A stretch of 64,000 bases of DNA from Nostoc sp. Lineage in GTDB: Bacteria; Cyanobacteriota; Cyanobacteriia; Cyanobacteriales; Nostocaceae. Shown in pieces: positions 50,777 through 60,510 of this stretch (position 1 is its first letter; the number at the start of each line of letters is the position of its first letter). Below the pieces are notes generated by a model, which worked only from the letters and a program-made list of their open reading frames with translations, had not been told where the DNA came from and ran no database searches. The DNA is taken from positions 64,001 to 128,000 of the forward strand of contig JBALDB010000002.1 in the NCBI GenBank assembly GCA_036918135.1, read 5' to 3'. Made by a program: the position numbers and the translations under genes.

Positions 50777-51147
50777 ACTTACAGGAACAGCAAGCTGAAA
50801 GTTCTTTTCAATTTTAACGTTTCCAGTGATTTCAGGGATGTAACTTTCTGATAAATAAGTTATCAACTTTACTATTGCTCAATAATAAATACATTTCTAT
50901 TTTTGATAAATATTTTTTAGATTGTCAGTCACAAACACAAGTTGAATTTATCTGTAATGTATATTAAATATCTCGCTCAAGAATACTTCGATATTCAACC
51001 ACAGTAGTAGTGGCGTACAACTGTGCATCCCTAATAAAATTGCTATAATTTATCGTCATTAAGCTCTATTTAGAATTTATAAATAGCTGATTGTCAGTTA
51101 AAATTTAGCAAAACTAATTGTAAATATATTTAGGTAAACTTTTAAAA

Positions 51148-52020
51148 ATGAAACTTACCATAAACAAAAAGTATATTAATAATAAACTAATAAAAACTAC
51201 AAGTTTTATTATTACAGTAATTTTGATAATTTTTGTTTTGGTAGCTAGTCATGAAATTACCCATCATACTATGGGTAAAACTGCTCAACCATTAAACGGA
51301 TGTTTGAGTACTGAATCATTACCTTGTACAGGTGTCTCAAAAGACGTAACACCACAACCATTTATTCCCGATCCAAAATTAAATGACCAACAGCGTTTTT
51401 TAGCTGCGATCGCCAGAAAATTACCGACAATTCCCCAGCCCAATAGTTATGAATATATTTTGTTACGAAGTTATGGTGCAATCTTCGTCAATCCAGATAT
51501 AGGAATAAAATTGCCGCCAAAAGATATCTTTGCTAACGAACAAGAAACACAAGGGTTTCAATCTAACCTGACAATGGGTCATGTTGATGGAACTAAAGAT
51601 TGTTATTTACAAAAATCAGCAGCAGACGCTTTAAATAAAGCGCGAAATCTCCGAAAATTTCCCCTGAAATCTGGTTATGGTTCTGGTGATTGTACGCGTA
51701 CTTTCGATACAAATTTAAGATTTTGGCACAAATATACAAATAATCAAACTTTGGCAAAAGTTCAACAGGGGAAAGAAACAAAAATTCTCGGTTTAGTTGC
51801 ACCTCCTGGAACTTCACAACATCTTTGGGGATTAGCAATTGATTTACGCGTATCCACTCAAGAACAGAGAAAAGCTCTCAATCAAAATGGCTGGTTTCAA
51901 ACTGTAGAAAATGATGTTCCACATTGGACATATATAGGTTTATCTGAGGATAAATTACCTCTATTTGGTTTGAAAAATAAAATTGTCAAGGGTATTAGTT
52001 ATTGGGTGACACCACTTTAA
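51148..52020 (+). CDS. D-Ala-D-Ala carboxypeptidase (VanY/M15B family)
   Basis: N-terminal TM helix; APPGTSQHLWGLAID and PHW motifs. Confidence 0.85.
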   Translation: MKLTINKKYINNKLIKTTSFIITVILIIFVLVASHEITHHTMGKTAQPLNGCLSTESLPCTGVSKDVTPQPFIPDPKLNDQQRFLAAIARKLPTIPQPNSYEYILLRSYGAIFVNPDIGIKLPPKDIFANEQETQGFQSNLTMGHVDGTKDCYLQKSAADALNKARNLRKFPLKSGYGSGDCTRTFDTNLRFWHKYTNNQTLAKVQQGKETKILGLVAPPGTSQHLWGLAIDLRVSTQEQRKALNQNGWFQTVENDVPHWTYIGLSEDKLPLFGLKNKIVKGISYWVTPL

Positions 52021-52097
52021 GTTAAAGAATTCTTCTGTTATAAACTATACAAAATTGGGAATACTAACCCCAAAGGTGTATTGTGAGGAATTGACTT

Positions 52098-53600
52098 ATG
52101 CTAAATGAAGCTGCTAACGAGGAGCAAATCTTTCTGATTGAGTTATTAAGAGCAATATATCAAAATCAGGAAGTATATCCAATTCTGCAACATAATTTGA
52201 GTAAATTAAATGATAATTTGGCTTTAATATTACGAAAATGGGTAAGCGATCGCTTTGCTAAAGAACCAGCTAACGCTATTAATATAGCCAGAGTCATTGT
52301 CAAACTGAGTACAATGATGCAAAGCTTTGAACAAGGTAATCCTGGGAGTAATTTAGAAATTGCGATCGCTGGTTACGAAGCAGTTTTACAGATTTATACC
52401 CGTGAAGCTTTTCCTAAAGAATCGAATATCGTCCAGCAAGCTTTAGTAACAGCTTATCAGCAACGCCAACATCTCCTCTCCAAAACCCTGAGCGAACTCC
52501 AGCAGCAGACTGTCCAAACTCAGACTCAAATTAAGACGTTAACTGAGGAATTACAAGAAGAACTACAGCAAGCAAAGTTACAATTCAATGACTTAAACAC
52601 AGTAGTTACCCACTTAAAACAGCAAGCAAATAGTTCTGATTCAACATTTTTAGTAACTGAGTTTCCAGAATTGGAAAAACACCACATTCCTTTACAGCAG
52701 TTCGCTAGTACGGGAAATGGTTTACCGAAAATTGAGCAGTTTAATACAGCTATTTTTTATGATATTGAAAATTTAACAATGGGCAGAACCGATCCTAATT
52801 TAAATTTTTCTTTAAAAAAAATTCAAACTGATATCGAAAAAGTTTGCCTAGTTAATAAAATTGCTATTCAATGTGCTTATGCTGACTGGAGCGATACGCG
52901 GTTAAGGCTGCTCAAGAATGATATTCAAGAATTGGGAATTGAAACAGTCCAAATTTTTGATTATAGTCATAAACGGAATGCAGCAGACATTCAACTAGCA
53001 ATTGATGTCATGGAATTAGCTCAGAGCCGTTCTATACTGGAAGTTTTTGTTATTGTATCAGGTGATGGTGCGTTTGCTGCTTTAGCTAAAAAGCTCCATG
53101 AATATGGAAAATCTGTAATTGGATGTGCTTACGAAGGACAAGTAAATCGTGTCCTCAAATCTGTTTGCGATCGCTTTCTACCTATACCTGTTACCCAAGC
53201 AAAAATAGAAGATATTCAAGTTACTGAACTAACTCAAGATGGTTTATTAAATGATGAAATATTTCTCATAACTCAGAAAATTTTGCAAGAATTGCAGCAA
53301 AATAGCGAACAAGCTAGTCAACTTCAAAAAGGTGGTATTCCCATGTCTCAAGTTATTCAAATTTTGAGAAATAAGATACCAAAATTTGACCAAAAGCGAG
53401 AAAAATACAGTAGTAATTTTACTCTTTTTTTAAAGATAATTATTGAAAAAACAGATACTAGTTTATATATTGAAAATAATAAGTTGATTTTAAGAAAAAT
53501 GTTAACTACAAGCTCTAATGGCTCATCAAAGAAACCTCTAAAAGGTCTAACTACCTCTAGCAGTAACTTAAAAGAAATTACTGTAACAGCTCAACCTTAA
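52098..53600 (+). CDS. NYN-domain protein with N-terminal TPR-like and coiled-coil regions
   Basis: NLEIAIAGYEAVLQIYTREAFP (TPR-like), Q/E-rich coil, YDIENL, AYADW, NAADIQLAID and VSGDG. Confidence 0.82.
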   Translation: MLNEAANEEQIFLIELLRAIYQNQEVYPILQHNLSKLNDNLALILRKWVSDRFAKEPANAINIARVIVKLSTMMQSFEQGNPGSNLEIAIAGYEAVLQIYTREAFPKESNIVQQALVTAYQQRQHLLSKTLSELQQQTVQTQTQIKTLTEELQEELQQAKLQFNDLNTVVTHLKQQANSSDSTFLVTEFPELEKHHIPLQQFASTGNGLPKIEQFNTAIFYDIENLTMGRTDPNLNFSLKKIQTDIEKVCLVNKIAIQCAYADWSDTRLRLLKNDIQELGIETVQIFDYSHKRNAADIQLAIDVMELAQSRSILEVFVIVSGDGAFAALAKKLHEYGKSVIGCAYEGQVNRVLKSVCDRFLPIPVTQAKIEDIQVTELTQDGLLNDEIFLITQKILQELQQNSEQASQLQKGGIPMSQVIQILRNKIPKFDQKREKYSSNFTLFLKIIIEKTDTSLYIENNKLILRKMLTTSSNGSSKKPLKGLTTSSSNLKEITVTAQP

Positions 53601-53813
53601 CTAGGTTTACACAAATATATTGAAGTGTACTCCGTATGCGAGAGGAATTACTTGTGATAATCACTTAATTCAGTTGCTCTAAAAAGTCCTGAAATTATTC
53701 GTTATTGGTTTTGTCTAACGTTGTATCTTGTTTAATCAGACAAAGGACTATTCGCCTGCGATAATAATTATTACAATAAAATAGTCACACACCCAACCTC
53801 TGGAGTTCTGGCA

Positions 53814-54389
53814 GTGGGTTTATTTGATGATTTGAGTCGGTTTCTAGAAAACCGTTTAGAAGAATTCTTGCGTAACAATCCACATTTGGAGTTAGAGGCG
53901 CTGCTAGAACAGCTGCGTGAGCAAGAGGAAGATACATTAAAGCTGATTGCAGATTTACAATTACAAGAGAAGCGATCGCAAGACGATATTCTGGCTACCG
54001 CTCAAGAAATTCAGCGTTGGCACATCCGCGTTCAAAAAGCCAAAGACGCTGGTAGACAAGATTTGGCAAATGCGGCCAGCGAACGAGAAGCAGCCTTGTT
54101 GCGAGAAGGAAATCAGCGCTGGGGACACATGCAAGGGCTGAAAGAACGCATTAATCAATCTCAGGAACTCCTGCGGAAAATTCAGCAGCGACGACAGGAG
54201 GTACAAGCTAAAGCCGCCGAAGCACAGATAACTCGTGCTAAAGCCCAAACCCAGCAGCGCTTAGAAACTAATGGTTGGTCAAATCAAACTAGCAATTATT
54301 CTAGTAGTTTTGACGATTTAGAAGAAAAATTCCGCCGTTGGGAAACACAAGACGAATTAGAACAAATGAAGCGGAATATGGGAAAATAA
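53814..54389 (+). CDS. TIGR04376 family (PspA-like coiled-coil) protein
   Basis: MGLFDDLSRFLENRLEEFLRNNPHLEL, AGRQDLANAA and C-terminal WETQDELEQMK. Confidence 0.85.
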   Translation: MGLFDDLSRFLENRLEEFLRNNPHLELEALLEQLREQEEDTLKLIADLQLQEKRSQDDILATAQEIQRWHIRVQKAKDAGRQDLANAASEREAALLREGNQRWGHMQGLKERINQSQELLRKIQQRRQEVQAKAAEAQITRAKAQTQQRLETNGWSNQTSNYSSSFDDLEEKFRRWETQDELEQMKRNMGK

Positions 54390-54409
54390 TTCCCATATTA
54401 TACAGTATT

Positions 54410-54443
54410 AAGGATGAAAGTTAAACATTATCATTTCATCCTT
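54410..54443 (+). terminator. Hairpin after TIGR04376 gene
   Basis: AAGGATGAAA...TTTCATCCTT followed by T-rich sequence. Confidence 0.5.
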
Positions 54444-54599
54444 CATATTTCTTATTTTATTGATTATTTGTATTGTTAATTACAGGTTTATACTAATTTA
54501 ATGTGAAGCTGCATAGAAAAGAGCTTCTAGAATAAAGTTATCACAAGAGATAGATATTACCTGCTCAAGTGCAAGTTGATCGAATATTTCATGGATACG

Positions 54600-54815
54600 A
54601 TCGCTATTCAATTTTGGATACTCATAAAGGAAGTGGTTTCCATTCATTAGTTCAATTGCACCATAAATCCAAAAATTTTCCCGCAGCCATTTCACCTCAA
54701 CAGTAAGCTTGACTGCATCCGTCTGTAATCTACTTTTCCTGTGAGAATTTTCAGCCCCACCCTCGTTTCATCCTGGCACAGGTAGCGAACATACTTGCCG
54801 GGTGCTAGATGTTCT
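54600..54815 (-). pseudogene. IS630-family transposase remnant
   Basis: Minus strand reads VRYLCQDETRVGLKILTGKV, frameshifts, then VKLTVEVKWLRENFWIYGAIELMNGNHFLYEYPKLNSD, which covers the first DDE Asp region. Confidence 0.75.
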
Positions 54816-54816
54816 T

Positions 54817-56268
54817 CTAGACAGTTAAGAATGATTCCGAGTTTTTTAAAGTCGCAATTATCTGACTAAACTCAGAAGCTGACACGTGATTTTTCATTAT
54901 CTCCTCAAAATTCGGCTTTCCTACTAAAGCCTGAGTTAGCATTCCAATTAAGGGACTATAATCAATCAAGGAGATATTCTCTACCTCCATATACTTACGA
55001 TCTATACCCCATTTGAGAATCTGTAAAATTCTTAAAGGATCGGCATCAATAAAAGATACCTTAGCAATTTCTTTAATGCACTCGGTTAAAACGCTCTTTA
55101 AATTATCCTCAGATAGATCGATATTACTGATGAGAAAATTTAACTTGCTTTCAACTAGTTCCTCTCTCACTGGTGTAAGCGCAGAGATAATTATGTCCCC
55201 CGAAGCATCGATAAATTTGGAAGGAGTCTCTAAAGCATTAATTAGAAAATTCATGTCCATAGGATCGCTCCAGTCTAACTGCCCCCTAAAAAAAGGCTCA
55301 GTATATCCTTGAGGCTTTCCCTTAAAATATAAAGGTAGTTTCTTTTTAGATTCTTTAATTTTCCATAAGGCTACTTCTAAAGACTCTGTAGGCCACCCTA
55401 AATTTCTGACAATTAAAAACCTTAGTTCGTCCTTTTGAGAAAAGACCAAAGAATTTAACATTAAAAAGACTGCCTCTTCAGCTGTCTGAGCAGTAACGTA
55501 CCTCCCCGGACTATGGACACCTACAGGCTTATCTTCATCAATGCTTTTCTGCAATTCCTGCTCCATTAAACTATTATCTAAAATATGAGTGAATCTCACC
55601 ATACTATAGGTAGTTTTTCCTTGCTTGGCTGCTAAATAAAATAACCATTCGGCAAACTTCTTGCTTCCAGCATAAACTTCATTAGTAAAATATCGGCTTG
55701 CCTTTCCTGTAGAAGAAAATACACACTGCTCTACACCAAATTCTTGGCAAAAACTAATGATATTCTGAGAGCCAAAAATATTAGTTGTAATAGTCCTGCG
55801 AATCTCCTTCTCGGCTAGTCCAGGATTTCTCTGTCCAGCTGTGTGAAACACTATATTAGGCATTTCTTTCTGAAAAACACTTCTAAGTGTCTTGCAATCC
55901 CTTATATCTAAAGAATATCTCTTTACCTCAAAATCCTCAGATTTGCAAACTCCTGAAGAGTCTACAATAATTATCCTTTTACAACATCCAAATTTTAAAA
56001 GCTTTTTAACTAGAAGAGAGCCTATACAGCCTTCCCCGGTTATCAAAATAATTTTACCTAGTAACTTGGCTTTTATTTCATCTTCATATAAATGGATTTT
56101 TCGATTCCTCGTTTCTTTCAAAGGATCTTCTAATAACCTATTCTTTTGATTCAATCCATCAATTAAATTACTCGTTAAGTTTTTAAGAGCTTCGGAGTAC
56201 TTTTCTGGAGATTCAGATAGTTTCCAGATGGTATTGATAACATCTTCGTGAGGTCTCATTTTTCCCAC
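54817..56268 (-). CDS. CapD-like polysaccharide biosynthesis / NAD-dependent sugar dehydratase family protein
   Basis: ILITGEGCIGS, VFHTAG, TNIFGS, SSTGKA, YAGSK and VRF motifs. Confidence 0.75.
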   Translation of the reverse strand: MGKMRPHEDVINTIWKLSESPEKYSEALKNLTSNLIDGLNQKNRLLEDPLKETRNRKIHLYEDEIKAKLLGKIILITGEGCIGSLLVKKLLKFGCCKRIIIVDSSGVCKSEDFEVKRYSLDIRDCKTLRSVFQKEMPNIVFHTAGQRNPGLAEKEIRRTITTNIFGSQNIISFCQEFGVEQCVFSSTGKASRYFTNEVYAGSKKFAEWLFYLAAKQGKTTYSMVRFTHILDNSLMEQELQKSIDEDKPVGVHSPGRYVTAQTAEEAVFLMLNSLVFSQKDELRFLIVRNLGWPTESLEVALWKIKESKKKLPLYFKGKPQGYTEPFFRGQLDWSDPMDMNFLINALETPSKFIDASGDIIISALTPVREELVESKLNFLISNIDLSEDNLKSVLTECIKEIAKVSFIDADPLRILQILKWGIDRKYMEVENISLIDYSPLIGMLTQALVGKPNFEEIMKNHVSASEFSQIIATLKNSESFLTV

Positions 56269-56533
56269 AGGGTAACAACTTACTAATAAATTTTTAATCG
56301 TAATGGGTTAATTTGACTTACCCATATGTATGCAAAGATATTCACATCAAGTATGATTCATCCGCTCTCAGATGCCTCACTTTTGCCACTGACGATAACA
56401 GCTGTAAACGATTGCAATAGACGTAATATCTATATGTATCTTATTCTTCTGTCTTCAATCTAACTATTCATTTTTAGATTTACTTTATAAATAATCTTTA
56501 ACTCTTACTACAGATAAGGTGTATTGGGAAAAG

Positions 56534-57307
56534 TTACCAAACTTTCCAAGGTGCCTTGCCGGATTTCCAAAGGTTTTCTAAATAAGTTTTATCTTGAACA
56601 GTATCCATAGGTCTCCAGAAACCAGTATGCTTATATGCGTTAACTTCTCCAAGAGAAGCTAGTTCTTCAATAGGTTCTTGTTCCCATACAGTAAAATCAT
56701 CTTTAATAAAATTAATAACTTCTGGTTCTAGAACAAAAAAGCCACCATTAACAAAAATATTATCGCTGTCAGATTTTTCTTTAAAACTTGTGACTTTGTT
56801 TTCTTGTTGACAAAGCGAGATGGCACCAAATCTACCTGGAGGCTTAACAACAGTAACTGTAGCCTTTCTATTTGATTCTTTATGATGATTTAATAACTTA
56901 TCAATTTGTACATCTCCAACTCCGTCCCCATAGGTAAAACAAAAAGTGGAATCTTGTACATATTTCTTAATCCTTTTAAGTCTACCACCAGTCATAGTGT
57001 TCAAACCAGTATCAACTAAGGTGACTTTCCAGGGTTCTGCATATTTGTGATGTACTTCTACTTCATTATTCCTCATATCTAAGGTTACATCTGATGTTCT
57101 TAAGAAGTAGTTAATGAAGTAGTCTTTAATACAGTAACCTTTGTAACCGCAGCATATTATGAAATCGTTGATATTATAGCTGCTATAGATTTTCATAATA
57201 TGCCAAAGAATTGGATATTCCCCAATTTCTATCATGGGTTTAGGCTTTAGAGATGTTTCCTCTGCTATTCTTGTTCCTAATCCACCCGCTAGTATTACTG
57301 CCTTCAT
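56534..57307 (-). CDS. rfbF: Glucose-1-phosphate cytidylyltransferase
   Basis: ILAGGLGTR, KPKPMIEIG, TMTGGRL, TYGDG, GFWRPMDT and APWKVW. Confidence 0.95.
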   Translation of the reverse strand: MKAVILAGGLGTRIAEETSLKPKPMIEIGEYPILWHIMKIYSSYNINDFIICCGYKGYCIKDYFINYFLRTSDVTLDMRNNEVEVHHKYAEPWKVTLVDTGLNTMTGGRLKRIKKYVQDSTFCFTYGDGVGDVQIDKLLNHHKESNRKATVTVVKPPGRFGAISLCQQENKVTSFKEKSDSDNIFVNGGFFVLEPEVINFIKDDFTVWEQEPIEELASLGEVNAYKHTGFWRPMDTVQDKTYLENLWKSGKAPWKVW

Positions 57308-57696
57308 CTTCTAAACTCCTAACTGATATAAAGGATACAGCGTACGAGTAAGCATTTAGGCGGGGGAAAGTAGTTGAGATGGCATATCCGCCTAATGATA
57401 ATGAACACAGTTATCTGTGTTCATTACCTTCAAGTAGTTACTTTAAAGCTATTCAGTTGCTTTCTATACGAGTATTTTTACTGAAAAATATTAATTATAT
57501 GTAAATTTATTTTTCAAGCAATTCAGGACTTACGCACAAAGGTTGGCTGTTGAGACTAGGTGTGAGGAGGTAAGGGTATGGGGGTGTAAGGGTTTTGTCC
57601 ATTAGCCATAGTATTCTTATTTGAATTGAAAAAATCGTAAAGCTTAGAAGCCCGATTTCTATAATAAATCGGGCTTTTAGTTGTTGACGAGCAAGT

Positions 57697-57815
57697 CATA
57701 TCATCTGTGCTCAAATAACCGTCATTGTGACCGTAGGGAAGCAATCCCGAAAATGTTGTGATTGCGTCGTTTCACTTGCAATGACATATTACGAGTGATT
57801 TGTCAGACATCATAT
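57697..57815. repeat. Degenerate GTCATTGC...GCAATGAC palindromic repeat element
   Basis: GTCATTGTGACCGTAGGGAAGCAATCCC...GATTGCGTCGTTTCACTTGCAATGAC stem structure. Confidence 0.5.
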
Positions 57816-58102
57816 CAATTAGAGAAATTGTATTGAATTTACTAATTAGAATTTATTTTGATGATAAATTTTAGGAAAGCCAAGTTTTACCTTTTCTTTG
57901 TACTACTCCTATTTCATCGTCAGAATACCTAAACTTATTTGAGTAACCACCAAGGAGGAGAAGATATAGGAAATTTTGTAGTGGGAAAAGAGCAAGTGCA
58001 ATTGCAATCACTTTTCTCTAGCAGTTGTAAATAATTTGTTAAATATACTGCTTCCTGCTGTTACCCCAGTATTTCCTACATGTTCTCATTGAGAACTGAG
58101 GC

Positions 58103-58675
58103 ATGGAAAATAATATGTTTATAGAATTTTTAGCTAGCCTGCAACGATTATTTGTTAGTTACATTCCAGCCGCCGTATTGGGTAGTTTCATTGGATATTT
58201 CATCAGTATGAATAGCATGATTTATCAGCTACTCAGGCGGATATTTCAGATTCCACATAGTATCCCTCCTATAGCTTTGCTACCTATTACCCTAATAGTG
58301 TTTAGAGAAAGTGAAGCCGCTGCTATTGTTGTAATTTTTTTTGGAACTCTCTGGACAATAATCATTAATACAGCAATAGGTATGCAACATTTTCATAGAC
58401 AGAACAAGAACTTTAGAGTAGCTATATTTCATATATTTCATGCTCTAAAAGTTGGGATTTGGGTAGCCTGGTTTACAGTTATTGCGACAGAAATGTTGAC
58501 AGGGCCAAAAGGACTTGGCTTTCTTCTCTGGGATAGTTATAAAACTGGTAATATCGATTCGGTAATAGAAGCAATACTATACATTGGTATTATTGGCTTT
58601 TTGTTGGATCAGTTGCTAGATTTTACAGCACATATTCTCTCACAAATGGTTTCAGATGGTAAAAAACCTTCCTAA
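58103..58675 (+). CDS. Short nitrate/sulfonate-type ABC permease-like protein
   Basis: SLQR, IPPIALLP, IINTAIG, WFTVIATEM, GLGFLLWD and IGIIGFLLD. Confidence 0.8.
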   Translation: MENNMFIEFLASLQRLFVSYIPAAVLGSFIGYFISMNSMIYQLLRRIFQIPHSIPPIALLPITLIVFRESEAAAIVVIFFGTLWTIIINTAIGMQHFHRQNKNFRVAIFHIFHALKVGIWVAWFTVIATEMLTGPKGLGFLLWDSYKTGNIDSVIEAILYIGIIGFLLDQLLDFTAHILSQMVSDGKKPS

Positions 58676-58732
58676 ATTGGGATGCTCCCTTCAATACAGC
58701 CCAATGATAGGTACAAGTTAATTAGCTAAGTT

Positions 58733-59518
58733 TTAAAGATGTAGTAGTTCCAGTGTCAGCGCTGAAAAATCTCCGCCTTCCTCATAACTGATTAGCAATT
58801 GTTGTACGGTCTTAGGGTCAACCAACCAATTTGCTGCAAGAATGAAGGAATTGTCAACACTCACTCGATCTGAACAAATCACAGAAACCCCGTCAGGTAA
58901 AAAGAAAGTTTTATCTGTTTGTGAGCAAAAATGTAGCCCAGTAGGTACAGGCGCAGAAATTTTTAAATCTGGAGTTATTGTAACAGCGGTTCCCTGGTAC
59001 TTGCTGTGAAAATTTCGTTCGGGCAACTGATTAAGTTGCGTTGACCAGTATTGACTAGGAAAGCCATCAGCATCTTCACGAATATTAGCTGTTCGGAACA
59101 GACTACCATACTCATCGTAAACAATGCCCACACTATGTCGTAATTGGTTATGGATAAAAAATAACTCTACTGCAAAATAAGAGCCTGTTGTTAACTTTGT
59201 TGTCAACCAAGCCGCATGACCAGAACCAAAGAAAACTCCCCTCATCGACTGATTTTGTGGATGAAACAGTCCATCATCTAAGCTATTCGAGAGTTCATTG
59301 AATTCCCAACTTTGTTCCTCTGTTCTGCCATCATCATATATGTAGCGATTCGTCTGAACAATTTCAGTCTTTTGTGGATTGCTACAAAAGTTTCGTTGAC
59401 TCTTAAATGAATCTGTAACCTCTCCTTGTGGAGAATATTTTGTCCAGATCCCATGCCAATTCCGCAGATGGTGAAGGGTGAAATTCTGCCAGTTTTGCTC
59501 TTTTAAATCTATAGACAT
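58733..59518 (-). CDS. DUF3598-like (beta-barrel) protein
   Basis: QNWQNF..WHGIWT, FFLPDGVS, ANWL pattern. Confidence 0.65.
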   Translation of the reverse strand: MSIDLKEQNWQNFTLHHLRNWHGIWTKYSPQGEVTDSFKSQRNFCSNPQKTEIVQTNRYIYDDGRTEEQSWEFNELSNSLDDGLFHPQNQSMRGVFFGSGHAAWLTTKLTTGSYFAVELFFIHNQLRHSVGIVYDEYGSLFRTANIREDADGFPSQYWSTQLNQLPERNFHSKYQGTAVTITPDLKISAPVPTGLHFCSQTDKTFFLPDGVSVICSDRVSVDNSFILAANWLVDPKTVQQLLISYEEGGDFSALTLELLHL

Positions 59519-60107
59519 AAAATCTAGCTAATTTTTACAGTCGATTAACAGTATTGTTTCACATCAAATTACATATTGTGAAGCAATACCGTTGCGAATT
59601 TACGAGGGTTCAACGCCTCAAGAAACGGGATGATAAGGTGTTTGAAAAGTATTATTAAGCAAAGCTTCTAGGCACTTATATAAAAGTCCAGCTATTTGTC
59701 ATTGGCAGTATACATGATTGAGATAGCACTTAGTCAGGCCAGAGCAACTAGCTAGAAATACAACTTGTAGATGACTGGCATTGCTCTGTTTTGCGATCGC
59801 TTTTGCCACGTAAATTTTTGCAACACAACCGTGGTAATGTTTACTTGACTTTTATCGAGGAAGGCAGGATAGCGCAGCGTTAGCGAGTCCGCGAGCGTCG
59901 GCAGTGGGCAGGAAGGAAGAGGGTTTTAGCCTAGTTAATTTTTCTTCGCATAGTTTAGTTTTATTGTATCGGCTTACTTAATTACGAATTATGAATTAGT
60001 ATTAGTTGGTCTTCTCGAATATTGATATCAATTTGTTAACTATTATGGGGTAGCACAGCTAACAGTACTACCCCACCAAAAACTTCTATTTCACAAAATT
60101 GAAATAT

Positions 60108-60455
60108 TCAACGCGATTCTATTTTAGAAACTCGCTCCTCTAATTTATTGACTTGTTGTTTCAATTCAATCACCAAAGTTGCAAGCCGATCGAACATAGA
60201 ACCTTGCTGTGATAAATTCTGCCTAGAACCCGTTGACTGTCGTGGAGTAAGTGTTGTTCTTGGGGATGGAGACTTGCCGGTTCGATTTAATTGAGATTCT
60301 AGCTGGTTTAACCGCGACTCAACACGATTTAAGTCTGCTTCTAAGTTGTTAAGACGGGATTCAACTTGCTGCGATGAAGCAGTATTGGAAAATAACCCAC
60401 CCCAGATTATCACTACTAAAATCCCGGCAAGTATTAGCACCTTAATTTTATTCAT
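60108..60455 (-). CDS. Exported coiled-coil hypothetical protein
   Basis: Signal/TM helix, coiled coil, MFDRLATLVIELK. Confidence 0.7.
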   Translation of the reverse strand: MNKIKVLILAGILVVIIWGGLFSNTASSQQVESRLNNLEADLNRVESRLNQLESQLNRTGKSPSPRTTLTPRQSTGSRQNLSQQGSMFDRLATLVIELKQQVNKLEERVSKIESR

Positions 60456-60510
60456 CTTAATATCTTGCACTATCTCAATAACTGCGATCGCAAGTCATAA
60501 TTCTGACTTC

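Noticed and set aside
54498..54695. 65-aa ORF as an intact gene
   Set aside because: Its first part belongs to the IS630 remnant and the rest is read-through.
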